Shown here piece after piece: positions 24,090 to 38,627 of a DNA stretch of 61,890 nt. Each line of letters starts with the position of its first letter. The first letter of the stretch is position 1. The notes under the pieces were generated by a model. The model saw only the letters and a list, made by a program, of their open reading frames with translations. It was not told the DNA's origin and searched no databases. Position numbers and translations under genes: made by a program. The stretch comes from Polymyxa betae A26-41. Its lineage: Eukaryota > Protista > Endomyxa: Phytomyxea. Location: the NCBI GenBank assembly GCA_003693705.1, contig RBZT01000822.1, positions 1-61,890 on the forward strand, in the 5' to 3' direction.

Positions 24090-24749
24090 TAGTCGGAACG
24101 GCGTTTTGTTAAAACGGCGTTTTAATGGGCTCGGAACCTCCAGACACCCAAGACAGAACGCCGTTTGCGTCGAATCCTGTGCGTCAAGAAGGTGCGGCGC
24201 CACGCAGAACGGTGTCAAAACGGAGGGAGTGCGTCTGGAGGCAGGCTGAAAACGCCGTTCCGTGGCGCAAAACGCCGTTTCACCTCCGTTTTGGGCAAAA
24301 CGCCGTTTTGAAACGAGGCAAAACGGAGCCTCATCCCAAAGCGCAGTTTTCTCTCGTTCAAACGGCGTTTTCAAAAACGGACGGACCTCCGTTTTGACAC
24401 CGTTTTGCGTGGCGCCGCACCTTCCTGACGCAAAGGATTCTGCGCAAACGGCGTTTTGTCTTGGGTGTCTGGAGGTTCCAAGCCCATCAAAACGCCGCCT
24501 TAACAAAACGCCGTTACGACTATTTGAGAAAACGGCGTTTTGCCGTAACGGAGTTTTGAAACACGGTCGCCTCCAGACGCCTTTTTGAAAACGCCGTTTC
24601 ACGGAAAGAAAACTGCGCTTTGGGATGAGGCTCCGTTTTGCCTCCAGACAGTTGCAACTCAGTTTCAAAACGGCGTTTTGCCCAAAACGGAGGTGAAACG
24701 GCGTTTTGCGCCACAGAACGGCGTTTTCAGCCTGCCTCCAGACGCACTC
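24090..24749. mobile_element. Foldback/MITE C (24227-24749, ~150-bp TIRs) plus an inverted copy of its interior (24090-24226)
   Basis: GAGTGCGTCTGGAGG...CCTCCAGACGCACTC|TAA. 24227-24377 is inverted at 24581-24749 with a 17-bp insertion; 24090-24226 is inverted at 24386-24521; many AAAACGCCGTTT repeats. Confidence 0.85.
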
Positions 24750-26055
24750 TAAATAATCAAGGTATTCTGTTGAAACTGCGCCTGGACGTCTTCACAGCAA
24801 CTAACTGACCAAAAGGTACAATAGCTCCACAACTGTTAGTCCAGGACCTACTTAAGAAGTACTACACAGGTATCTTGCTGAGCCCGACTTTTTATATCTT
24901 TTTTTAACTGGTTTACATTGCTTTCAATGTGTTCATATTTCGATTGACAGCGAATTCAACGTAGTTTTTCACATTGTCAAGCAGATCCGTGTGAATTTGT
25001 GTCTCCAGACGCCGATTTGCACAACATGTCTCAACTCCATTGCGGGATCGTGTTATTACAAAGGACAGCTCTCATAAGGAGGCGAGAAAGCGAGCCTTTG
25101 CAACAGATTTCATCATGATATGCAACGCGACATAGCATAGATTGTGGACGATGATGCGGGCGCTGTTGGTGCTGTATTCATGATCTTCGCCTTTTATTAT
25201 TGTCTTGCTACTGCTGTTTTTCGAAGAATTATTCATTGGAGCCGACATTGCATCAGGGTCAGCTTGAATGACTTCTTTCGAAGATCTGGCCGTCGCTTTT
25301 TCTCCTGCTTCCGTTGATTTCCTCATCTTTGTCTCTGCCGCTGTCCGATGACACAGCGGTCTGCATTTTTCTTCTTGGCAAAAATGGCGATGCCAGTTTC
25401 TCATCGGGGACAACAAGTCGATCGTCCTACAGGCTCTAAGGGTTCTAGTTTCCGGCAGGTACTGCAGGGGAAGCTCTCGTAAAGCACAACAGCGGGCTGA
25501 GCCTTTGTGGAAGTAGTGATTGCTGATCTAAGAGGTATTGGAACGTCTGTTCATTTTTGTCCTTTTAGGTGTAATAGGCGACTAAGAGTTTGCTGCATAT
25601 AATTAAAACTAGCCAAAGACTGAGTTCGTGTAATATACCGGAGCTGGAGCGACAGTTGGAAATGTACCATCATCAGATCGTCTACAGCATTTTTAGATTC
25701 ACACTTTGCTTCACCAAAGATCAATAATGATGCTTGCACAACTGGCTGTTTATTAGCATGTTCTGCATTTTCCAAGTAGGGCATTCATAAAATAAGATCA
25801 TTAAACTTCCATTACAAATTCAGTCCCCAGCACCCCGAAAAGATCAAATCCATTTACAATCTAGACCAGTGGAGGAGGATGCTAAAAGGAACTCATAACT
25901 AATTGATAAAATATATCATAAGAACCAACTAAGCATTGCAATCCTATACGGAAAAATAGTTCAGGGATTTTGAAAATCAATTTAAATACGAAGTAATAGG
26001 AAATGCCATGATCATTTTGCTTGTATCAGAATCATTGTTGCAGGATATTGTTTAT

Positions 26056-28167
26056 TCAGTCTGCTTCAGATTCAACAGAATCGTCGTACTGGTCCGGCCC
26101 GGTTGACAATCCATCAATGAACTGCGATGGATCCAGCGCCTGAGAACCAGTTAGATTCAAACAGGCTATAAGCTGGGCAAGGTGTCGGCAATAGTTTGTA
26201 TGTTTGCCTCGTGTGATTGGGGTCACATCGACATTTTGCACCGAAGGGTCCTCAACTGGCTTAAGACCGAATGCAGAGAATGATACTGCAGCAGCCCGAT
26301 ACACATACTTCAATGTCCTAAATACAAACGATGAATTTGATATTAGAAAAAACTATAGTCGGTACCAATCTTCAGGGGAATATGCATTCACAATCCTACA
26401 CAAACGTTAGGTACAAACTCTTTGAGCTGTCTTGATGGGTCACCTTCCAGCAACCACTTGCCTTATTCCAGTCCAATTCGATGACCATCCTGGACACCCA
26501 AGCAGAAAGACGTCCTGGATTATACCAAAAGCGCGTCTCTCGGCAAGCGTCTCCAAAGCTCGCAGAATAAGACGAGCTCCGGCCGAAAAGCCAATGAGCG
26601 ATACAGGCCGATTACCATGGACGCCATCTAGAAGAACTTGGGCCAGTTCGTCTCCTGCTTGGTCTGCCTGCAGCGATCCTCAAAGGAAAGTTTCAAAACG
26701 AATTATGTATTTACCTTTGAGATGAGGACGCCCCATGGATTATCGATCAGATATCCAGCAGACATGACAACGGCTGGGAGAGCGACCGCCGCCATCATGC
26801 TATTTAACTGCAGTCGATATCAGCTACAAAGCTCCATACTAGCCCAACCAGCATACGACGGTCTGCTTCAGTCCTTCTTTCAGAACGAACGTGCTTGCTT
26901 GAGAGCCGACAAAGTCGGTGACAGCGCTACCTGCATCCAGAAGCGCTTGCGTTTCCCACTACAAAAGATGCTTAGCAAATCGATAAAACTTGAGAATTTC
27001 AATTATACTTCAAGGCAGTAGATATCAGCCCATGTCTGTTCCAGGTCCGGTTTCAGCTGCTGCCATATTACAGCATTGTCGAATTCTGGCAGCAAAATTC
27101 CAGAAATACAAATCGTAAGATGTACAGATCCATCTGTAGGTATTCAAACAAGGTCCAGTATTGGGTACTTAACACGAACCGTTACAAACAGGGACGAACC
27201 CGAAATTCGATAGGGCTCCGACTCGTCGATGCATTTTGTATGATGCCAACCCACCTGGGCATGATTTCAGAATCAGACGCTATGGATCGTGACGGTTCGC
27301 CTACGAACCGCCGCCAACGCCAAACAATCCGGTGACAATGGCGGCGCCAGTTGCTGGAATTAAAATCAACATTGTTTCATTGGTATTCATGTTTGTATAC
27401 CGGATCCCAGGAAAGTGCCGACCGAGGTTATCCCAAGCGCTGAAACGCCCAGGCCTATAGCCGGCGCCGCTAATCTACAGCAAACTTCAGATAACGTGGC
27501 AATGAAAAAAAAAGGTGATACCCGCCAGTTATCACCATCAATCCAGCGCCAACAGCAGCTGCAGCACCGACCTTAATACAACTAAGAATATAAAATTGTA
27601 TCACAATTTTTGTTAATACTTTCATCCAACGTGACAGTTTTTTGTCCTTTTTTTTAGAAGCGTTATTATCGCTTCTCGCTTCCGTTAGAAGCAAACGGAT
27701 ATAAATCGACTCTTCAGCACAAACCCATAATCTGATCAGATTTAGAGCCAAGAGCTATTTCGAGCACTGAAAGACCTTGGAATATGCATAGCATCAGCAA
27801 CACGAAACAATGCGACACGAATTCGCGAATCGTAAGCTTTAAAGCGAACTAGGCAGAAATGCAACAAGATTAACACGACTCGCGCTCGGGCTTGCTTATC
27901 GTCGATGTTTAAATCGTCGACAAACGGTTTGATGCAATGTGTATTCTCGAGCAATGGCAGCAAAGTTGTTGACCATGAAGGCGACGACAGGTCGACGAGC
28001 TCCAGATATCTGGCGAGGTCATCCAGGACCGGGCCGCCGAACTCCTCGCTGCAGACCAACGACCCTGCGAATGCGTACAGAATGCATTGGCGCTGGCGTT
28101 GGTCGAGATTGTCGACGGCGATGGTTTCGGCAGTGATGGGAATCGGGTCGAGACCGCCTCCGATCAT
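26056..28167 (-). CDS. TMCO4/DUF726-family membrane protein with alpha/beta-hydrolase-like domain, multi-exon
   Basis: YDSRIRVALFRVA, VGAAAAVGAGLMVITGG; minus-strand exon with GNRPVSLIGFSAGARLI; KYVYRA...GLKPV...NVDVT...HTNY. Confidence 0.85.
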
Positions 28168-28829
28168 GATACTGTCATTCTAATAATGATTCCGCTCTCA
28201 GACCCCATCACCCCGACTTGTTCGTAACAAAGACCCCATCACCCCAACCTCTGGTAAAAGGCCCCCCTTAGCTAACAATCAAATTTTTTTCTGCTGATAA
28301 GACCCATCTCAGCAAGGAAAATCGAATCTCAAATTCTCTTTCGACGTTTCGTCATGATTTTCATCCCATTAAACGAAAAGCTCACTGGAAGAGATAGAGA
28401 TTCCGCTTAATTACATGTAGAGCGGCTAGTCTGCAAATTATCACATATCATGATATCATGGAGTCCCCTTTATCAGCAACTAATTGAAAGAGTAACATTT
28501 GTTTATTGTGATAAATTATACTTTCTATCACAAGCCTAATATTTGTGCACTATAAATGAAGCTGCCTTCAAACATTTTCGATGTTCTTAAACAATCGTCA
28601 AGAATTCTGCATTTTATAACTTGAAAGCCCAGCTTATGTCAAACGATGCATGGTCGATGGACTAGAAAGCTCGAAATATGCAATCGATGGCGGGTCCAGC
28701 GCGGCTCTGTGCGGGTCGCTGTGTAGCGCCGAGGTGGGCGGTCGGTCTGTGTCACAGACTCGCTTCTGGCCGTCTATCGGAGTCCAGTGTTATAGGTGAG
28801 AGAGCGCCGAGCTCTTCCCGGTCGCCACC

Positions 28830-30600
28830 ATGACGGTCTCGGCGGTCTTCATCATGGACCAGAACGGCAAGGTGATCATCTCCAGGAATTACCGGGGTGA
28901 TATCCCCATGAAAGTCGCCGACAATTTCAGGACCCTTCTGTATGGGTTATTTGTCTCTGTGTTAGATGAATGTATTCACCATGGTCAGGCTGAGTGCTGA
29001 CGAATCGAATCCATTAACACCAGTTATCTCTATGGAAGATGGGACTAGCTTCGTGTATATCAAGCATTCAAATTTGCTGCTTGTTGCTGTCACGAATCAC
29101 AATGCCAATGCTATGATGATATTAACATTTCTGTAAGAAGGCATTTCTAACAGCAAGCCATTGTTTTACTCTTTACAGATACTCTTTGGTAAAAGTAATG
29201 ATCGATTACTTTCGAGTTCTCGAGGAAGAATCTATTCGAGATAACTTTGTCATTGTCTATGAGCTGATGGATGAGACTATGGATTTCGGTTATCCTCAGC
29301 ATACCGATTCTGGCTTGTTGAAAAAGTAATCAGTTAATTTTTGTTGCCTGATTTGCACTAACTGCACAACAGGTACATTATGAACGAAAGTCACAAGATG
29401 GAAGTTCGTCCTCCAGTTGAATTGACTAATGCTGTAAGCTGGCGAGTTGAAGGTATCAAACATAAGAAGGATGAGGTGATATAATGAGGCCGTACTTTTA
29501 ATCTTTTAGCACTGAATAGTATTTCTAGGTGTTCCTGGACGTTGTCGAAAAGCTCAACTTATTGGTATCGAGTACTGGTCAGGTTCTGCATTCAGAAATT
29601 CTCGGAGCGTTAAAGATGAAGTCATATCTAAGTGGTATGCCAGAATTAAAGCTTGGGCTTAACGATCGTCTACTCTTCCAATCGCGAAATCCAAGTTCGT
29701 CTTAGATTCTTTTTGTATTAATCCATTAATCCAGAACTGAAACTTTTTCAGATGTTTCTTCGAAAACTGTTGAAATGGACGATATTCGATTCCATCAATG
29801 TGTTCGTTTAGCACGGTTTGAACAGGACCGAACGATTTCGGTATGGCCGTCATCGGCTGCCATTAACTGGCTAACGTTTTGTAGTTTATCCCGCCTGATG
29901 GTGAATTTGAATTAATGTCTTATCGTTTGGATACACAAGTCAGAAAACTTGTCCTGGTGTAATCGATGTTAACCCTCTTTCAATAGGTACGCCCGCTGTT
30001 CTGGGTTGAATGCAAGGTCCAACCGCACTCACGTAGTCGAATTGAGTATCTGGTAAAAGCCAAGTCCCATTTTCGCAGGCGAAGTAACGGCAATAATGTG
30101 AAGATTTTAATCCCCGTCCCATCAGTAAGACAACGACTGCCGTTTCCGCGATGAGCATCATCTTAACGTTATGTCAGGATGCCGATTCGCCGCAATTCAA
30201 GACCAGCGTGGGATCCTGTGAATATATTCCTGAAAAGAACTGCATCGTCTGGAATATCAAGCAGTTTCCAGGTGAGTCAAAGCCAGATGCTCAGTTTGGC
30301 CCCAAACTCAACCTTTTTGGCAGGACAACGCGAATTTCTTATGCGAGCGGAAATCGGGCTCCCATCTGTCGAAGCCGAAGATTTGGCTGATCAACGGCCG
30401 CCGATTCGCATCGAATTTGATGTACGCAAGCGTTGACTATCGTTTTACTCCTACCTGAGCTGTTTACCTAGATACCGTATTTCACGGTCTCCGGCATTCA
30501 AGTTCGCTACCTAAAGATCATTGAAAAGAGTGGGTACCAAGCCCTGCCTTGGGTTCGATATATCACTCAGAATGGTGATTATTGCTTACGTATGGGTTGA
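28830..30600 (+). CDS. AP1M1: AP-1 adaptor complex mu subunit, multi-exon
   Basis: SAVFIMDQNGKVIISRNYRGD, LEEESIRDNFVIVYELMDE, TNAVSWR, SYLSGMPELKLGLND, FHQCVRL, IPYFTVSGIQVRYLKI, ALPWVRYITQNGDY. Confidence 0.96.
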
Positions 30601-30721
30601 AGCTCGCTCCAATGTAATGCGACGTGAACATATAAAAAATGCATTTCAATGGTACAATAATTACCTAAAGGCAAATAAAATTGGCAGCTCCCTTTTCAAT
30701 GTTTGATCTGGTTTAATAAGG

Positions 30722-31853
30722 CTATGTCAACTGAGTGTGAACTTGATAGAGATTGGGCCACAACTTGCCCGAAACAATCAATGTTCTTGTCTTTCGGTGG
30801 AACGCAATCCCATTAAGAACAGCTTCATATTGCGTTTCCACACCCTTGCGATGAATGCGGTCAACCAGATGCTCCATATTAAGCTGATTCTCAACAATTC
30901 CAGTATCTGGGTTGATAACAATGATTCGATTCTGCATCCAAACATTGGCCCACACCTGAACCGAGTGATATCAAATGTAAAAAGTCCATGGTTGTATAGC
31001 CAAACCTTTCCATCTATAAGTTCGAGCTCGTTGATACGATTTACCGCTTTAAAGCGACCCTTTCCAAAAGGCTCCTTCACCTTTCGTGGCATAAATAAAC
31101 AATGATCTAACAGGAAATAAGGAACCACCTGAATTTTCCCTTGTGGCATAAAGTCGTCTTGAGAGTAGAAGTGTAGATAATCAGACCCATCGCTAATAAT
31201 GAACCGCCGATGAGCCTCATAGAAACAGATACCCCAGCCTTCTGTTGAAAGCGATAGCTGCCTTTTCTGGGATAAATCGCTAGCGTTATATACAAATACA
31301 GTATGTTCTCGCCAAGTCAGCAGATAAACTTCATCACCAGCGACGGTAAGGCCTTCGCCAAAATATTTCTTATCCAGAGGAGTTTCAGCTAAAACCTTGC
31401 CAGTTTCCAGATCGTATTTACGAATGACAGACTGTCCATATAAACCGGTGCTTTCGTATAGAATTCGTGGCTCTTCTATTGTGTTGTCGAATTCCAAACC
31501 CTGAAGAAATGCTAAACATGGTTAGCAAGATGGTATCGCTACAGGAAATCAAATGTCGAATGTCAGGAAAACCGAAAATAACAGCACACACAAACGATAC
31601 CTGTCGAATCATGGTTGAATTCTCGAATGATAATTGGACTCGAGCTGAAATCTATTTTCTTCCATGCTCTGAATCCCATAACGAAATTCCGCATTCCCCA
31701 ATTGTCGGTGCTAAGGCCAAAGAGGAAACAAACAATAGCGCCAACGACCACAACAGCAAGCACCCGAGACGAAGTAAAAGCGGGCGGAGATGTCGGCGAA
31801 GGCGTCGAATGCGAGACCTGCTGTCGGGACCTGTGCCGACGACGTTCAGACAT
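30722..31853 (-). CDS. Type I (plant/bacterial beta-propeller) glutaminyl cyclase with N-terminal TM anchor
   Basis: After splicing: HDSTAFLQGLEF, YESTGLYGQS, FGEGLT, LTW, EGWG, SDGSD, NELE, WANVW, VLNGIA, GKLWP. Confidence 0.92.
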
Positions 31854-32510
31854 TGAAAGCGCTCCTGATCGAGACCATTCGAGCAATGAGTTGCGTTACT
31901 TCTTTCCGTCCAAGATCAAGATGGGATGACCCAATGACCCACGGACCCCAATACAGGCTACAGCAGCAACAAGGGCAGATAGGTACGGAGAGAGAGAAAA
32001 GAGAGAGATAAAACAGTGACAATTGAACCGCATCAAAATGACAGAGCCACCCTACAATGCGACCTTGTCTATTCTGACATTATCTTTTTGGCCATCGAAG
32101 CTCTAGATGTATCCCGAGACCTCACCGTCGTCAGATCTTTATTGTACTGCTGCTTGTTCCTGGAGGCGTTGATGTGTGCACTGCTCCAAGAGACGGAATC
32201 TATAAATGTACCCAGGGCCAGAACATCGACGTTCAAAAAAGCTGATAGCATCATGGGATGTAATTCAAAATCGAGGTGCTAGACGACAGCGGTAACCTGA
32301 TCGTCTTTATAATTGAGTTGGTTACAGGATTGCTCAAACCCATCTAATGCTTTGGAAAGTCCCCTTGGAAAGTAATCGGCAAGATGTTCAGGCCCCATCT
32401 ACTTTTTAAGTCGCTTCTAAAGTCTGATATGCCAATGTGTATAAATGTTCGAATCTTGTCACTATTTGAATGGTACGAGGAAGCGATCGCCAAAATCAGT
32501 GCCGATTCTG

Positions 32511-34311
<1,801 letters not shown>

Positions 34312-34380
34312 ATCGATCTCCAATGCCATCAAATAAGAAAGTTTACAAACAAATAAATACAATGAAACAGTGATAGAAGG

Positions 34381-36484
34381 TTATCGTCGTCGTCGTCTGG
34401 ATGTGTTACCGCTCTGAGCAGCTCTCTCGAACAGATCGTCCATATCATTCTCGTCACGATCTAAACGCTCTTGCTCATGCTGAAGACGCTCGATCACGTC
34501 CGTCTCCATACCAATCGGCGCCGGCCCTCTCGCCAACTCGATTGTCAGCGACCTTCTTAACGCTGGCGTGCTCGTCTCAGCGCCCTGCAATAAACATCAA
34601 CGCCAGCAAACGCCACAAACGCCGAACTGAACCTGCGAAAGGCAACCCGCCTTTCGAAATCGTTTGAAATTGCGAACGCCCGAATACGAATCATCCGACA
34701 GCGGCTGCGACCACAATCGGCGCACGACGATATCGAATCCGATGACAACGGCGTTGCCAGCCGTACTGGTCACTGCATCCGTATTCTTGAGCAAACGCTT
34801 CACGGACGATGGTTTCGCATCCAGGCCACAGCTCAGCGCCAGAATCGCTCGAGTCGGTTTGGATTCGTCCACCGGGGCTGGTACGACGGGCTGGGGCTCC
34901 TGTGCCGGTTCGGGCGTTTCGACGACGACGACTGGGGCCGCCGCGACAGTCTGCGGCAGCGCCTCGCTGATCACCGCCTTCGGAATGGGTTGCGGCCTCG
35001 GAATCACCAACCCGCTGGCCTTCGCAGCCGACGCTTGTGGCAAGGCCATACTGGGAGCCTTACTCAACGATGGCGGGCCAGTACGCCGGGCCAGCGGCGA
35101 CGGCAGCGAAGGGGTGTCTTCTTGTGGGATTCCGCTTTCGTAACGGCATAGGTTCGGGGGAGTCGCCACCGACATCAGCGACTCGCGCCGATGCGACATC
35201 AGCGCCGTCTCCCCCAGCTGACTCTCAGAAACGATCACGTTCAGCCGGGACGTGTCGACTGGAGCAACAAAACTGAGTTATTCTGGCTCGATGATGCGCA
35301 AGACATCATACCGAAGCGAAACAGATTGGGATTCGCATCCAGGATCGAAGCGAAGATTAACGATTCATCGTTGCAGAAGATTCCGGCGCGTTCGAAGGCG
35401 GCGCGGATTCGGGCGGTCGGCGCCATACGATTGGTGCTGGGCTGGACCAGGACCAGGCGATTGCTCGCACCATAACGCTGCACCAGCAGACGTAGCTCGC
35501 CGGCGACGACGTCGGCGTGCTGGACCTCGTGCTGCGGCGTCCGCCAGCGCAGCTCGAGCGTCGTGCCGCCGGCGCACCCGATCACCTCTTGGAAACTGGC
35601 CATCTAAGGGCCGCATCAACAAAAATCCAGTCGTACTGGTCTCCATGCCGAACCTGAATCGTCGAGAGGAACACGAACGCCATCGATGCGAACAGCCCGA
35701 GACTGGACTGTGCAAGACGCTCTTCGGAGCAGATGAGCGATCCGTCGTCGCGTTTGGGTCGATGATCCGAGGTCGACGGCAGCCTGGAGCAACTGTGAGC
35801 TAGGGTCCAGTACGACAATGTTAATAGCGCGGACACGTGCGAGTCCCGATTGGCGAGCTCCAATAGCCAGGATTCGCAGACGATCTCTACCCCGAGGATG
35901 AGAGCACAGGCGACCTTGGATGTGATCACAGCGGTTTCGTTCTTCATGATCAGATGGGTGCAGTCCGAGGTGAGGTCGCGACCGATTCGGGCCCCGACCA
36001 CACTCGCCGCTATCGCGATGGCGCCATGAGGCCCCAGACGACCCGCATCAATTCGAGACGTGCAGAACCGCAACTCCATCCAGCGGACGCTGTAAGGAAT
36101 CAAAAAAAGGCGATTGCAACGGCGGCATTCTACTAGAGGATCAGAGGGTGACTCGCGAATCGCAGACGATCGGCGTCGTGCACGACCTCGGGCATCTGGG
36201 CCGTGATCTTGCGATCGTTGACGACAACGCCGCCCAGCTTCGACATATCCACGATCGACAGAACGGGACGCTCATCGCCGACGCCGAATTGGCATTCGAT
36301 GCGGGCGTGAAGGCGCGATACCGACTGGACGCCCTCCAGGTAGATCGAATGTCCTTCAGAAAGTCAGCGTCATGGACGTGGGCGGCGGGCGTACTGGACC
36401 TTTGTTGCGGCCGACGGTCAGAACCGAGCCTGGCAGGACGCGGATCGGCGCCCGACTGGCGTCGGCGCTGGCGAGCACCCACAT
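34381..36484 (-). CDS. NBS1: Nibrin (FHA-BRCT, Mre11-binding motif), multi-exon
   Basis: MWVL...LTVGRNK...SVSRLHA FHA; CTHLIM...TSKVACALI BRCT; NFKRFRK Mre11-binding motif; acidic C-terminus ending ...DDLFER. Confidence 0.88.
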
Positions 36485-36620
36485 TGCATCCGATCAGGGT
36501 TAGTGCGGGGCCAGTACGGAGACAAAACCTGCACACCATCAAATGTGAATAAATACGAGAGAGGTGTTTATTATCGATTATGATTTTTTTTAGCCACGGA
36601 AGGGGGAATGTTTCCTTCTA

Positions 36621-37301
36621 TCACAGTAATCGGTGCATGAAATCGGCGTGCTCACGGGCAGCGGCCAGCGCCGGATGCCTGACAAAGGCGTTCAGGGCGC
36701 GTACAACGGCCCCGGGTCGATGACCACGAAATGCGATCTGCTGCGATGCCGTTATTGAGACCGGCGTTGGAGCGGATGACGGCAGGGAGGCGCCGTCGAC
36801 GACATTGCTGATGGTGTTCTGCGTGAGAACCCTCCTGGATAAATGAAGCGATTTGGAGGCGGAATGAGCGTGCGCTGTCGGGATCAACATCGAGCTCCAT
36901 GACGATAGCACGTGATCGAGCGTCGTCTGGGCCGGTTGATGGGTGTCGCGCACTTGATAGAACTGCCGCCATTTCGCCGAGCTGAAATCGAACGACGACA
37001 GGAATTTTCGCAGCTCGTTGTAATTGAAGCCGTCGACGTGAAGACGACCGCCCAAAATCGCCGTCCTTGGATGAAGGTCGCCGCTATAGACGCCTAGAAA
37101 GGTGTCTTTGGCACACCGGACGATACAGGACGGCTCCGAATGCTGATAGTTCAGGATCCTGACGACGCCGTTTCGGATCTCCACCGAGCGCAGATGCTCG
37201 GCGTCGTCGCAGCTCAAGACGAACATGACGACGCCGTTGTAGGTGGCATCCTGGCGATAGGAGAAGCGAAGGAATTCGAGCGTCTCATTGACCTCCTCCA
37301 T
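36621..37301 (-). CDS. SCP2 (sterol carrier-2) domain protein
   Basis: Intronless 226-aa ORF. PSCIVRCAKDTFLGVYSGDLHPRTAILGGRLHVDG matches the SCP2 pattern. Confidence 0.7.
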   Translation of the reverse strand: MEEVNETLEFLRFSYRQDATYNGVVMFVLSCDDAEHLRSVEIRNGVVRILNYQHSEPSCIVRCAKDTFLGVYSGDLHPRTAILGGRLHVDGFNYNELRKFLSSFDFSSAKWRQFYQVRDTHQPAQTTLDHVLSSWSSMLIPTAHAHSASKSLHLSRRVLTQNTISNVVDGASLPSSAPTPVSITASQQIAFRGHRPGAVVRALNAFVRHPALAAAREHADFMHRLL

Positions 37302-37683
37302 ATTGCTTTGGGCGGAGCCGGGTGGACCGGGACGGCGTGACTCAGCAGCCGCGGCCGATGATGAATCACCACACAGTCGGAGGCGGCGGGGTCGGTGATG
37401 GCGGCAGCAGCGACGACGACGACAACGGACGCCCTGCAGCGACCACCACTATAATATTTGCGTATGATGAATTAGTATGGCGGTGGCGTCAGTATGTATG
37501 CCGGTCGACTCTGTACCTAGATGTTTGTAGGACACCAAATTGGGCTGCTGGGGTGTCAGGCGCCAGACCTAATTGCCAAGGGATCCAAGGGTCCCGTACG
37601 GGCCTGTCTAAGGCTTGACCGGACCGGATTGCCAATGCGTATCGATTGGTTACGCCTACGGCGAAGCGGAAGGGTGGCGACGG

Positions 37684-38017
37684 CGGCGGTTTTATTATGA
37701 CAGTAGAGTGGAGGATGGTAGAATATTCTTGCAGAATCTTTCTAGAAAAGTCGCTGAATTTTCAACCCGATTGTGTTGCCTTCTGCAAGCCGCAACGGCG
37801 GTTTTATTATGACGATAGAGTGGAAGATGATAAGATATTCTTGCAGAATCTTTCTAGAAAAGTCGCTGAAATTCAACCCGATTGTGTTGCCTTCTGCGAG
37901 CTGCAACGGCAGTTTTATTATAACGATAGAGTGGAAGATGATAAGATATTCTTGCAGAATCTTTCTAGAAAAGTCGCTGAATTTCAGCCCGATTGTGTTG
38001 CCTTCTGCGAGCTGCAA
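37684..38017 (+). repeat. Tandem array, 3 x 111-112 bp
   Basis: Units start at 37684, 37796 and 37907 (CGGC.GTTTTATTAT...TATTCTTGCAGAATCTTTCTAGAAAAGTCGCTGAA...GCCTTCTGC). Confidence 0.95.
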
Positions 38018-38333
38018 TTGCGAGCTTTGCGTAAACATTACGTTCCACATAAAAGGATATATTCGCACAAGCATGTTGTTGGGCAAACTCCAAAGTTTTT
38101 GTAGATTCCGGAGGGCTCTCAATCAGAAGCAACGACCATCTGGCAATCATGATTGCATGAAATGTTCAAATGCATTCTACAAAAGTGCGCTAGCAAAGTC
38201 AAATCCCAATTGAAAAGGTGCGTGCATGTTTTAAAAGTGCGTGACAGCGCGCATATGACGGGCTTAAATTCGTCTTCAATTTTGTCGATTATTTTCAATA
38301 CCTAGACAATAGGCTGATCAAATTTGGACTTTA

Positions 38334-38627
38334 TTATGGCTGATCCGGCCGTGCTCTCAAAATCGACGTCAGTGCGACTATGCCCATCCTAATTTTGGGG
38401 TCCAGAGATCTCTCGCGTCCCGCCCGCTCCTCTTCGCGTTTTTCTCGCGCCACTTCGCGCTTCTCACGATCTTTCTCTCGGTGTTCCTGATCTTCCTCGC
38501 GGCGTTCGCGAGCGGCGTCGCGATCAGCTCGAGCCTTCTCGCGCAAGTCCTCGCGTAGATTCGCTTGCCAGGATGCCCAACAATTGGCAACCGTGGCGGC
38601 AGCGATGACCGTAGCTAACAATCTCAT
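38334..38627 (-). CDS. Small putative secreted R/E-rich protein (97 aa)
   Basis: Signal-peptide-like MRLLATVIAAATVANCWA, then a charged helix. ATG-initiated GC-rich ORF in an AT-rich context. Confidence 0.6.
   Translation of the reverse strand: MRLLATVIAAATVANCWASWQANLREDLREKARADRDAARERREEDQEHREKDREKREVAREKREEERAGRERSLDPKIRMGIVALTSILRARPDQP

Noticed and set aside
24028-24714. ORFs up to 209 aa in the foldback element
   Set aside because: Translations of repeated AAAACGCCGTTT motifs; no transposase features.
25072-25784. Minus-strand ORFs of 114 and 77 aa
   Set aside because: No recognisable motif or consistent splice structure; cannot support a gene.
37684-38017. CRISPR-like array or repeat protein
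   Set aside because: Units are contiguous with no unique spacers, the context is eukaryotic, and the read-through ORFs arise only from the 111-bp period.
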